Source: a virus (lineage: Duplodnaviria; Caudoviricetes). From it: a DNA stretch of 61,626 bases. The position numbers and the translations under genes are program-made. The notes under the pieces are model-generated. The model saw only the letters and a list, made by a program, of their open reading frames with translations, searched no databases and was not told where the DNA came from. This document shows positions 36,409 through 45,099 of the stretch, piece by piece; the stretch's first letter is position 1, and each line of letters opens with the position of its first letter. The stretch spans positions 1 through 61,626 of IMG/VR virus record IMGVR_UViG_3300036853_000113; one strand, 5' to 3'.

Positions 36409-37527
36409 ATGCCTGGACCGTCTCTTCATCTCGCTGTTACGACGCCGACAGAGCCGCCGCCACTTTCGCAATCGATGTACGAGGCGATGGCGTGTCCGGC
36501 GTCGTATCAGGCGCAATACATTCACGGCATTCAATCGCCGCCGAATGAGTTCTCCGTACTCGGCCAGGAGTGCCACCACGCGATGTCGGTCTACACTGCA
36601 CATCTGCGCGCCTCTGATCTCAGCGAAGACTGGGATTACTTCATGACGCTGCTGCCTTATTTCACCATTGAGGCGCAGGAGATTCTTTCAGGCTTCATCG
36701 GTTCGATGAAGTTCAACCCGCAGACGATCCTGACGACGGAGATGCGGTTCTATGACGAGGATGCAGCTGGCACGCCTGACCTCGTGACGATGGAGTCGCC
36801 GGAAAACGCGACGATCTTGGACTATAAAAACTACTTCGAAATGATTGACCCTGACACGTTTCAATCGAAGCTCTATCCCCTTCTGCTCTTCCGTCACAAC
36901 CCCAATTTGAAGACAGTTCGCTTCGTGCTCGTCTTCCTGCGCTACGGTCGCACGCGCGAGGTTATATGGACGCGCGAACAGGTGCCGATGCTGGAGCGCA
37001 CGCTTCGCGATGCGCGAGTCAGACAGAAGGAACTGCACAACATCGAAGGACTGGCGCAGGCTATCCCCGGAAAGACTTGCGAATATTGCCCACTGCTGCG
37101 CACAGCTCGCTGTCAGGTGAACGACTGGAATCCCTACGCGACGATGACCGATGAAGAGCGCCTGCGGTACGTCATTTACACCCGCGCAGCACTCGCATCG
37201 AGCACTGCGATTCTCAGGCAGGCGACGCGCTTCAGAGCAATTACGGTTGCCGATGGGAATGGCAAGCAGTATGAAGCGCGTTTCGTGGCCGGCGAAAAGC
37301 GCACGCTGCCGCTGATGCCGACGCTGAAGGTCATCGAGCAGCACGCAGACGAGTCAGGCGAAGACTTGACCGACAAGCTGATGGTGTCGAAGACGTCACT
37401 CGGTAGCCTGCGCAGCGCGAAGAAGCGCGTGCTGCTGGATCAGGCGCTGCGCGACATTGAGCTAGTGAAACCTGTCACCGCATTCAAGATCAGCCGCATA
37501 AACCCAGAGCATCCTGACGAGGAGTAA
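36409..37527 (+). CDS. PD-(D/E)XK exonuclease, Cas4/AddB-like with Fe-S cysteines
   Basis: ACPASY, GQECH, GTPDLV...ILDYK, QSKLY, CEYCPLLRTARC. Confidence 0.8.
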   Translation: MPGPSLHLAVTTPTEPPPLSQSMYEAMACPASYQAQYIHGIQSPPNEFSVLGQECHHAMSVYTAHLRASDLSEDWDYFMTLLPYFTIEAQEILSGFIGSMKFNPQTILTTEMRFYDEDAAGTPDLVTMESPENATILDYKNYFEMIDPDTFQSKLYPLLLFRHNPNLKTVRFVLVFLRYGRTREVIWTREQVPMLERTLRDARVRQKELHNIEGLAQAIPGKTCEYCPLLRTARCQVNDWNPYATMTDEERLRYVIYTRAALASSTAILRQATRFRAITVADGNGKQYEARFVAGEKRTLPLMPTLKVIEQHADESGEDLTDKLMVSKTSLGSLRSAKKRVLLDQALRDIELVKPVTAFKISRINPEHPDEE

Positions 37528-37697
37528 CGCGCCAGCGAGTGAAAGTTATCCATAACCCGCCGAGAGCACCAATGAAGGCGAGTGAGCCACAATCCGCGAG
37601 AGCACCATGGGTAATGAGCGAACCATGTCCGGCGAGAGCACCAACAACGGAGAGTGAACCACCGAGGATGAGAGCACCAGAAAACATGAGTGAACCC
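37527..37697 (+). ncRNA. TIGR-type dual-repeat array A (4 full plus 1 degenerate 36-nt units)
   Basis: GAGAGCACCA-N8-GAG(T/C)GA(G/A)CCA-N8 period, e.g. gagagcacca atgaaggc gagtgagcca caatccgc. Confidence 0.8.
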
Positions 37698-37698
37698 G

Positions 37699-37944
37699 AT
37701 GACAACCACAAACACAGCAACGATTGAGCGCGAGATTGACGACTTCTACGCTTCGGCCCTGCGCTACGGCGAAGTGATTCGCGTGTCGACGCGCCGCAAG
37801 GCCCTCGAGGAAGTTCTTTCGCTCGCGCGCGAGTGCCCGACCATCGACACATTCGTCGTCATCCTTCGCGACCTAATCAATCAAGGCGCAGTCGTAGCGC
37901 CGCCACCGCCACACAGACCAGCAAGGAGACATGCTGCCCGATGA
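37699..37944 (+). CDS. Hypothetical protein
   Basis: ATG right after array; stop overlaps next start (ATGA). Confidence 0.55.
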   Translation: MTTTNTATIEREIDDFYASALRYGEVIRVSTRRKALEEVLSLARECPTIDTFVVILRDLINQGAVVAPPPPHRPARRHAAR

Positions 37945-39824
37945 AAGTGAGCAAAGCAAAGTTGAAACATTTCCGCAGCCACCGCCATACTGTGCTGCAA
38001 TTCGAGCGCGTGAACTTCCTTCGCGGCCTGAACAAGAGTGGGAAGTCGAGCGTCGCGCAGGCAATCGAGATGGCTCTCAGTGGCCGCTGCTCGCTGACTG
38101 ATGAAGGCGGCAGAGGCTGGGAGCAGCTCATCGAAGAAGGTGCGCAGACAGCCACGATCGTGCTGGAGTGTCCTGCGTTCACGGTCACGCTGACGCTCGA
38201 CCGCACAGTCGGTCGCACGTTCAAGGTCGAGCTTCCCGGCACGACCATCCTCGGCAAGCAGGCGCAGGATTGGCTCGCAGAGAAGATTGCGCCGCCTGAC
38301 GTGATCAATGCCGCCCTGAACGCATGGCGCTTCATTCGCATGGACGAGAAAGATCAGGCGTCACTACTAGCGCGCGTTCTGCTGCCTGCGAAGCTGGAGC
38401 TAAGTCAGGAAGTATCCGACTGGCTCGGTGCAAACCGCCTGTCGGTGGTCGAGCGCCCGACACTCTTCGCCACCATCGAGGCGACGCATAAGGCCATCAG
38501 CTTCGCGCGGACTGAGGTTAATCGCAAGCTGCGCGACCTGAAGGCGATTGTCGAGCCCGATGAGGTCACAGGCAGTCGTGATGCAGTCAAGGCGAAGCTT
38601 GGCGACTTGCAGGCGCAGCAGACCGAAGCGAACCGGAAGCTGCTCGCGCTGTCGACGCGCGAGACTGCTGACCGGATGACCGCTGACCAGAAACTGATGT
38701 ACGAGCGAGACATCGACGCGCGCACGAAGGTGCTTACCGAGCTTCCCCCGCTCCTGTCGGCGAAAGCAGTCGAGAAGCTCGAAGCAGCTGCCCGGCTGGG
38801 GGTTCGTCACGCAGAGGTCCGCGCGTTGTTAGCTGCTGAGCGCCTCGCCCTGACGTCGGCTGAGCAGGACGTGGAGAAGCTCAGCAAGGACGACGAAACA
38901 GGCGTCTGCCCTACCTGCAAGGCCACGCTGACAGAAGCCTCGCGCAAGGCTATGTTCGCTCCGTACATGAGCAGGCTGAACGACGTTCACGCCACCATCA
39001 AGCGCTTAGAGAAGGAACTGAAAGACACCAGCGACAGCGAAGAAGCAGCGGCCCAGCTCGCGGCCCACAAGAACGAGGTACGACGTCGCGAGGAACTGCG
39101 CGAGACGCTGGAGCAGCTGCGGGAACGTCACGCCACACTCTTCGCTGTGAGAGAGCGCGAGCCGCTCGACTTCACTGAGACGGCTGAGCAGTTGCAGACA
39201 GAACTCGAAGCCTTGAAGCAGCGCATCATTCGCGGCCTCGATGTGCTGGTGAAGATGGTCGAGGCCGAGGAAGCTGTCAAGCTCTACAAGTCGCAGATGG
39301 CAGAGCGCCAGAAGGCCGAAGCCAGGTTGTCCGAGCTGGAGAAACTGCTCGACTACTTCGGCCCCAGCGGTATCAAGGCGAAGCTCATCGCAGAGCGCCT
39401 GAGCCTCTTTACAGAGCGCGTGAACGCTGTCCTGCAATGGTGGGGTTATTCACTTTCATTCACTATCGAGCCCTACAGTCTGCGCATCACTGAGGCCGAT
39501 ACCCCGCACATCAGCCTGACACCGAATCAGCTGAGCGAAAGTGAGAGTTACCGGCTTGGCATCGCCTTCGCGGTTGCAATCGCGCAGTGGACCGGCCTGC
39601 GGTTTCTCATCGCCGACGCAGCTGACATCCTCGACAAGTATGACAAGTGGAACTTGGCGCAGGCGCTGCTGGAGTCTGACCTCGACCAAGCCATCGTAAC
39701 GTCGACCGGCATCGCTCCTGTGTTCGAAGCAGAGGGTACGGCCTTTTACACGCTGTCGAAAACAGGCGGCATCACGGCAACAGAACTGGACGCGCAGACA
39801 AGTCTCGCGACAACGAGCGTATGA
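37941..39824 (+). CDS. SbcC/Rad50-like SMC ATPase with zinc hook
   Basis: Walker A GLNKSGKS, long coiled coil, CPTC hook, LSESE signature, LIADAAD. Confidence 0.8.
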   Translation: MKVSKAKLKHFRSHRHTVLQFERVNFLRGLNKSGKSSVAQAIEMALSGRCSLTDEGGRGWEQLIEEGAQTATIVLECPAFTVTLTLDRTVGRTFKVELPGTTILGKQAQDWLAEKIAPPDVINAALNAWRFIRMDEKDQASLLARVLLPAKLELSQEVSDWLGANRLSVVERPTLFATIEATHKAISFARTEVNRKLRDLKAIVEPDEVTGSRDAVKAKLGDLQAQQTEANRKLLALSTRETADRMTADQKLMYERDIDARTKVLTELPPLLSAKAVEKLEAAARLGVRHAEVRALLAAERLALTSAEQDVEKLSKDDETGVCPTCKATLTEASRKAMFAPYMSRLNDVHATIKRLEKELKDTSDSEEAAAQLAAHKNEVRRREELRETLEQLRERHATLFAVREREPLDFTETAEQLQTELEALKQRIIRGLDVLVKMVEAEEAVKLYKSQMAERQKAEARLSELEKLLDYFGPSGIKAKLIAERLSLFTERVNAVLQWWGYSLSFTIEPYSLRITEADTPHISLTPNQLSESESYRLGIAFAVAIAQWTGLRFLIADAADILDKYDKWNLAQALLESDLDQAIVTSTGIAPVFEAEGTAFYTLSKTGGITATELDAQTSLATTSV

Positions 39825-40282
39825 CGAAAACAGAGTACGCGGAATATCTTCAATCCGAGCACTGGAAACGACTTCGACGTGAGGCGATTACTGACTGTCC
39901 TGAGTGCTTTCGCTGCGGGATTCCGCGCGACCTTGCGCGGGAGATTTATGACCAGGACTTACACGTTCATCACAAGCGATACAACCTCTGGCGTGAAGAC
40001 CTGAGTGATTTAGAAGTGCTGTGTCGCCGTTGTCATGACATCGAGACACACGGCGGCACGAGGATTCGACAGGCTCCCGGTTACCCCGCGCCAGATCTGC
40101 GACAGGTGATCTCCGAGCCTCCGTGTGAAGTCGTGGTGTATCGCAGCGGCTTCGGTCATCCGGTTATTAGACAGGCTGCTGGCGTCGGAGAACTTGAGGA
40201 CGCCCGCATCTATCTGCGGCAAGGCGATTTGCCGAGACTGATTCGCGCGCTAGTTGCCCTGGAGCGTGGTCGTGCTGAATGA
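39821..40282 (+). CDS. HNH endonuclease domain protein
   Basis: YAEYLQSEHWKRLR...CFRC...LHVHHKRY...DLEVLCRRCH. Confidence 0.8.
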   Translation: MTKTEYAEYLQSEHWKRLRREAITDCPECFRCGIPRDLAREIYDQDLHVHHKRYNLWREDLSDLEVLCRRCHDIETHGGTRIRQAPGYPAPDLRQVISEPPCEVVVYRSGFGHPVIRQAAGVGELEDARIYLRQGDLPRLIRALVALERGRAE

Positions 40283-41196
40283 CAACTTACAGAATCCCAA
40301 TCAGCAATGGGATCTTCGCTCATCGTAAGCGGATCGGGGCAGCGATATGGGTATTTCTGTGGCTGATCGACAAGACGACGAAAGAGGTGGAAGCAGTGGA
40401 CGGTGAAAGCATGGACGGCTTGGTATTCGGTGGTCGCCCGGTCACGATGAGCGCAGTCGCCGGAGACCTACAAATGTCGATCAACGGCGTCCGTGATCAG
40501 CTTAGTCAGCTTTTGAAAGGTGGTTATATCCGGGCGATTCAACATGGTGCCGGAATTGCAAATGGGTACGCAGTTCTTAACTCGAAAAAATGGGGCAGGA
40601 GCGGTACCCACGAGGAAGAGTCTGAAGCTGTAGTAGACCCCACCGGAAAACTGGAGGGGTCCACCGGAAAAGTAGAGGGGCCACCCATCGGAAAAGTAGA
40701 GGGGGTCCACCGGAAAACTGTGGGGGGTCCACCGGAAAACTGTGGGGGGTCCACCGGAAAACTCCCACAGCATAATAGGAAAGACAATACAAACAATACA
40801 AAACAATCCAATACAACCAACGGAGAGTTGACGGGGGATCTGACTCTGTTCGGTGACGACTTCCTGACTCCCGAGCAGGCGAAGGCTCGTGCGGAGTCTG
40901 AAGCGCTAGCTAAGGTCTGGAATCACTACCTCGAACAGACTGGCCGCAACAGCAACATTTACGAGTTCTCCGAGTCGCGACGCGATAAGGGTCTGCTTCG
41001 CCTGAGAGAGTGCGCACAGAAGGCTGGTGGCGACTACGACAAAGCCGCCCAGCTGATGTGTGTCTCTATCGACGCGCTCGTTGCTTCCGACTGGCACGCG
41101 GGCCGTGATCCGAGAACTCACGGTAAACGATACCTCGATTGGGAACGCAACTTGTTCAAGAGCTATGACCAGATGGAAAAGTGGTGGAACGAATGA
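40279..41196 (+). CDS. Replication initiator protein (lambda O-like architecture)
   Basis: N-terminal wHTH (AIWVFLWLI...AVAGDLQMS), internal iterons, conserved-looking C-terminal domain. Confidence 0.7.
   Translation: MTTYRIPISNGIFAHRKRIGAAIWVFLWLIDKTTKEVEAVDGESMDGLVFGGRPVTMSAVAGDLQMSINGVRDQLSQLLKGGYIRAIQHGAGIANGYAVLNSKKWGRSGTHEEESEAVVDPTGKLEGSTGKVEGPPIGKVEGVHRKTVGGPPENCGGSTGKLPQHNRKDNTNNTKQSNTTNGELTGDLTLFGDDFLTPEQAKARAESEALAKVWNHYLEQTGRNSNIYEFSESRRDKGLLRLRECAQKAGGDYDKAAQLMCVSIDALVASDWHAGRDPRTHGKRYLDWERNLFKSYDQMEKWWNE
40640..40820 (+). repeat. Replication origin: six ~21-bp iterons followed by an A/C-rich tract
   Basis: CCA(C/T)CGGAAAA(C/G)T-GGGG(T) x6 at 40640-40761, then repeated ACAATAC, inside the initiator gene. 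Confidence 0.75.
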
Positions 41197-42953
41197 CGCT
41201 GAGCTTCGAACAGATTCGCGCATACTTCGAGCACCTGTTGCCGGGTCAGCGGATCGGAACGCGCAATAAGCTTTCGGTGAAGTGTCCCTTCCATGACGAC
41301 CGCACGCCCTCGATGACGTTGTTCCTTGATGGAGCTGGAGGCGCGCACTGCAACGGCTGCGGCGCTGGTGGAAACATCTTCCAGCTTGAGGCGAGGCGCT
41401 CTGGCTGCACGCTGGCGGAGGCGGAAGCGAAGGTCGCGGAGATCACTGGAGCACGCGCGTCCTTCGGCAGCTATGCAAAACTGGGCCCTGTCATTGCCGC
41501 TTACGACTACCGTGACAGCGACTGGGTAGTGCTCTATCAGAAACGCCGCTATCAGCCTGAAGGCGAGCCAAAGACGTTCCGCGTATATCGGCCAACTGAT
41601 TCGGGTAACTGGGTCAGCGGCATCGACGCACCTGATGAGCCACCCACAAAGCGCGTGCTCTACAACCTACCGTTGCTCATCACGGCGAATGTTGCCATTG
41701 TCTGCGAGGGTGAGAAGGACTGCGAGAACGTCGCTCACTGCGGACTCTGGACACAGCGCAGCACTCTTCGTGCCGCGACAACCTGCAACTTCGACGGCGC
41801 ATGGCGAACAGGAGAAAAGGCAAAGTGGCTACCACACTACAATCCGTTTTTCGCAGGCAAGCTGGTTATCGTGTTCGTCGACAATGACGAGTCAGGCACA
41901 GTCTGGTCGCAGACTGTTGCGGCAAGCATTTACCCGTATGCGTATCAGGTGAAGATCGTCACGCTGCCGGGACTACCGGAAAAGGGCGACGTCTCCGACT
42001 GGCTTCTCACCCACACAACAGTAGAACTTGAAGAGCAGATAGGGCGCGCGAGGGCATGGCGTCCACTGGTTGAGCAGCGCGCGTTCAGTATGTTTCAGGA
42101 CGCTGTAGAGTTCGCGGCTGAGGCCGACAAAACAGTCGACTGGCTCGTGACTGGCGTCATCCCCAGAGCAGGCAACGGAATCATCGGCGGCCATCCCAAG
42201 GCTTCAAAGAGTTTCACTGCGTTAGACATCGCGATTGCCGCGAGCTGTGGTGCTCCCTGGATGGGACATGCGATCTCGACTCGTGTACGGACGGCAGTTG
42301 TCAGCCGCGAAGATGAACCGGGTCTAACGCAACGCCGAATCAAAAAGCTCATCTGCGGTCGACCGGAATATCAACAGCTTGAAGGTTGGTGCCTGCTCAA
42401 CACGCGACGCCACACAGCCGACTTCAAGGTCACCAACGATCAGCAGATGGACTTGCTCATCGAGCAACTGGGACGCTTCAACGCGCAACTCGTCGTGCTC
42501 GACGTCTTCCGCACAATTCACGACGCTGAAGAAAACGACAACACTGAAGTGGCACGCGTGCTAGCGAAGGTTACGCGCATTCAGACTGAGCTTCGCTGTG
42601 CAGTCGCGCTCGTTCATCACATCGCCAAGGTCGACGAAGGCGACATCTTTAAGGGCCTCCGCGGAGCGAGCGCGATTCACGGATGGATGGAGTGGGGAAT
42701 CGGCATCAGTATCAGTAACCCAGAGAGCGAGGACAGAGCGGAGTACATCCGCCGCGCGGAGTTTGAAAGTAAAGAAGGCGCAGCGTCTCCGGTTTACTTC
42801 CAGATTTCAGAGTCTGCTGACAACTCCTCGGTCGAGCTGCGAAGCGTTCCCAGACCGGATAAGAAGACGACCGCGAAGCGTTCAGTTGCGTCGCAGAACA
42901 CAACCAACGCGTTGCTCTTACTGCCAGAGCGTGAGCGAAGGGATTTGATGTGA
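41193..42953 (+). CDS. Primase-helicase (CHC2 zinc finger, TOPRIM, RepA/AAA_25 helicase)
   Basis: CPFHDDRTPS...CNGC; VCEGEKD; DNDESG; GDVSDW; GHPKASKS; VVLD; LVHH; RGASAI. Confidence 0.9.
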   Translation: MTLSFEQIRAYFEHLLPGQRIGTRNKLSVKCPFHDDRTPSMTLFLDGAGGAHCNGCGAGGNIFQLEARRSGCTLAEAEAKVAEITGARASFGSYAKLGPVIAAYDYRDSDWVVLYQKRRYQPEGEPKTFRVYRPTDSGNWVSGIDAPDEPPTKRVLYNLPLLITANVAIVCEGEKDCENVAHCGLWTQRSTLRAATTCNFDGAWRTGEKAKWLPHYNPFFAGKLVIVFVDNDESGTVWSQTVAASIYPYAYQVKIVTLPGLPEKGDVSDWLLTHTTVELEEQIGRARAWRPLVEQRAFSMFQDAVEFAAEADKTVDWLVTGVIPRAGNGIIGGHPKASKSFTALDIAIAASCGAPWMGHAISTRVRTAVVSREDEPGLTQRRIKKLICGRPEYQQLEGWCLLNTRRHTADFKVTNDQQMDLLIEQLGRFNAQLVVLDVFRTIHDAEENDNTEVARVLAKVTRIQTELRCAVALVHHIAKVDEGDIFKGLRGASAIHGWMEWGIGISISNPESEDRAEYIRRAEFESKEGAASPVYFQISESADNSSVELRSVPRPDKKTTAKRSVASQNTTNALLLLPERERRDLM

Positions 42954-43216
42954 TGAGACCGAAGACGTTACACGAGATGTGGCTGCACTTCGCTCTGATG
43001 ACGCTCGACGCGCGAGCGACTCAGGCGCAGATTGACGATACAGAGACTGCGTTCAAAGCTGGCGCGTCGTGCGTTCTGTTGGAGCAGTTCAACGTTGTCG
43101 CTGAGCTTCCAGACGCCGAAGGGTCGACAGCGCTGCGCGACTGGCTTCGCGAGTCGAACGAGCATTTCGCGAAGTATCGCACACCGAAGGAATCGAGAGA
43201 GAACACCCATGACTGA
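42950..43216 (+). CDS. Hypothetical protein
   Basis: Coupled to primase stop; QIDDTETAFKAGA. Confidence 0.6.
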   Translation: MMRPKTLHEMWLHFALMTLDARATQAQIDDTETAFKAGASCVLLEQFNVVAELPDAEGSTALRDWLRESNEHFAKYRTPKESRENTHD

Positions 43217-43436
43217 CGACATTATCCTCGCACGCTTTGAGGCCATTGAAGACGACCTCCGCACCCTTCACGCAACCTTCGACGGCGCTCTGGTCGACAT
43301 GAACGACGTCACAGGCAAACTGAACAGCGTCATCACAGGCACGCTGGCAGGTAACGAACGCACCGAGCAGTTCATGGACGCGATGAACGTCATGCTGGCG
43401 CGCATCACGCTGATTTTGGACTCACTGAAGAAATGA
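43209..43436 (+). CDS. Hypothetical coiled-coil protein
   Basis: ATG 43209 after GAGAG. Confidence 0.55.
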   Translation: MTDDIILARFEAIEDDLRTLHATFDGALVDMNDVTGKLNSVITGTLAGNERTEQFMDAMNVMLARITLILDSLKK

Positions 43437-43440
43437 TCAT

Positions 43441-43540
43441 GTCGCGGTAGGGCCAGCCTGGGCCCGGTATGGCGTGACTGGGCACGGCGGGGCAAGGCGA
43501 GGGCTCGCGTCCTCAGAGGCGCGAGCACAACACTAACGAA
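43441..43540 (+). ncRNA. GGY-NN pentamer tract plus hairpin, unit 1 (putative guide RNA)
   Basis: 11 in-register pentamers 43446-43500, hairpin GCTCGCG..CGCGAGC 43503-43526, A/C tail. Confidence 0.75.
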
Positions 43541-43570
43541 CGATCTCACGGCGAAAGAGAGAGCTTCCCA

Positions 43571-44206
43571 ATGTACAAAACACTAACGCGCACTCTTGTT
43601 GGCGTTTCTCCGCTACTGATGCACAACGGACGGTTGGCGAATCCGCTGGATCCTATTGCAAAGATGATGAAAGAGGTCACGTCAAAGCGGAAAAAAACAG
43701 ATGACGATTACGAGCTGATGTCGAACATTGAGTGGCTGGGTTCGATCTACACCACCGATGACCTCACGGTCAAGATTCAGGGCTACAAGGTAACGGTCGC
43801 GTGCTTCGGCCAACTCTGTATTCCGGGGGAAAACGTGGCGGCGTTGCTAGCGTTCGCCGGAGCCAAGTCACGCCGGAAGCAGGCGTTCACCGCAGGAATT
43901 TTAATCGAGGGCGACTTCCCGTTGCAGCTGGCTAGTTCGCTGAGCATTCCCGAGATATTCGCAAAACCGGGTTATCGCCTCATCGAAGGAGTGCGCGTTG
44001 GGAACTCTCGTGTGATGCGGACACGCGCTATCTTTCGTTCGTGGAAGCTCCCCCTTCGGATTCAGTATCTTCCGCAGTTGCTTAATCCCCGCGAAGTAGA
44101 TGAGACGCTCATCCTCGGTGGTCAGATCGGAGGGCTCGGAGACTATCGCCCGAAGTATGGCCGGTTCTCTGTGGAGAATGTCGCAGGAGAGGCGCAGGCG
44201 GCCTAA
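43571..44206 (+). CDS. Stand-alone Cas7/RAMP-like RNA-binding protein (Vipr-like)
   Basis: LVGVSPLLMHN (beta1), LCIPGENVAALL (RAMP IPG helix), RTRAIF..W, C-terminal Gly-rich loop GGQIGGLGDYRPKYGRF. Confidence 0.75.
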   Translation: MYKTLTRTLVGVSPLLMHNGRLANPLDPIAKMMKEVTSKRKKTDDDYELMSNIEWLGSIYTTDDLTVKIQGYKVTVACFGQLCIPGENVAALLAFAGAKSRRKQAFTAGILIEGDFPLQLASSLSIPEIFAKPGYRLIEGVRVGNSRVMRTRAIFRSWKLPLRIQYLPQLLNPREVDETLILGGQIGGLGDYRPKYGRFSVENVAGEAQAA

Positions 44207-44228
44207 ACAGAATAGACGGTTGCATCAG

Positions 44229-44352
44229 GGCAAGGTGTGAGCGTGGCTTGGTAAGGCGGTGGCGATGGCGCGGCTGGGCGGGGTATGGCAGGATCCGGTT
44301 TGGCATGGTTTGGTTCGGAACCGCGTTCCCAGGAGCGCGGAAGTTTAGTAAG
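44229..44352 (+). ncRNA. GGY-NN pentamer tract plus hairpin, unit 2
   Basis: About 17 units (three are 6 nt) 44229-44316, hairpin CCGCGTTC-CCAG-GAGCGCGG 44321-44340, tail AAGTTTAGTAAG. Confidence 0.75.
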
Positions 44353-44366
44353 TCAGTCTCACACGC

Positions 44367-44468
44367 GGCGGGACACGGCTTGGCGTGGCGGGGCTAGGCG
44401 GGGATCGGCACGACTAGGCGGGGCAAGGCAGGGACCCGCGCTCTCAGAAGCGCGGAAAGTTTAAGAAA
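44367..44468 (+). ncRNA. GGY-NN pentamer tract plus hairpin, unit 3
   Basis: 13 in-register pentamers 44367-44431, hairpin CCGCGCT..AGCGCGG 44436-44455, tail AAAGTTTAAG. Confidence 0.75.
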
Positions 44469-44493
44469 CGATTTCCTCGAACTTCTCGTTCAT

Positions 44494-44643
44494 GGCTTGG
44501 TGGGAACGAGGTGCGGCACGGCGGGGTGAGGCCCGATGAGGCCCGGTATGGCAGTGTAAGGCGTGGCCCGGCTGGGTGTGGAATGGCCTGGTGTGGTGTG
44601 GCAGGGGGCCGCGTTTTCCGGAACGCGGTCACAACTAAACAAA
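44494..44643 (+). ncRNA. GGY-NN pentamer tract plus hairpin, unit 4
   Basis: About 22 units 44494-44604 (19 in strict register), hairpin GGCCGCGTT..AACGCGGTC 44607-44630, tail ACAACTAAAC. Confidence 0.75.
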
Positions 44644-44655
44644 CGGAGATGGGAA

Positions 44656-45099
44656 ATGCAATCACGGTATCCACTCGACTGGGAGTTACTACAAAAGGGC
44701 GACGTGCTCGACGCTGAGACGCTGAAGGATATAACTGGAAAGACGCCGGGAAGTGATGAGTTTCGATTCGCGTGCATGGGCCTGCAAGCATTGATTCAGG
44801 AGAAGACAGGCTTCACTGTGAAGCTGCCGAGTGATAACTCACTGCGCGTGTTGACAGACCCAGAGGCAGCAGCGCACAACGAGCGCCTGTTCTGGCAATT
44901 CATGCGGTCGATGGTTACACGCCACACCCTGAACTGCTCTGTCGACGTCGACAATCTAGAGGCGACACAGCGAGCGCAGCATGACCGCACGCTGCTTGCT
45001 CAATCGCGTTACGTATCAGCAGTGGCGCAGACGACGAAAGAGATTGTGCTTGCAAGAAATCCTCCCGAGCCAGAACCGCTCGACGATGGAACGCGATGA
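44656..45099 (+). CDS. Hypothetical protein, candidate accessory of the RAMP/GGY-NN locus
   Basis: ATG 44656 with GGAG RBS directly after the last hairpin unit. Confidence 0.65.
   Translation: MQSRYPLDWELLQKGDVLDAETLKDITGKTPGSDEFRFACMGLQALIQEKTGFTVKLPSDNSLRVLTDPEAAAHNERLFWQFMRSMVTRHTLNCSVDVDNLEATQRAQHDRTLLAQSRYVSAVAQTTKEIVLARNPPEPEPLDDGTR

Noticed and set aside
43446-44604. Simple microsatellite or G-quadruplex explanation for the GG-rich tracts
   Set aside because: Not fully excluded, but variable NN, a shared terminal hairpin and tail, and placement around a RAMP-like gene argue for structured RNAs
44109-44791. Pro/Arg/Gly-rich ORFs over the pentamer tracts (44109-44306, 44444-44791, 44490-44777, 44511-44717, and the N-terminus of 44563)
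   Set aside because: A 5-nt period is incompatible with codon structure; these are low-complexity translation artefacts
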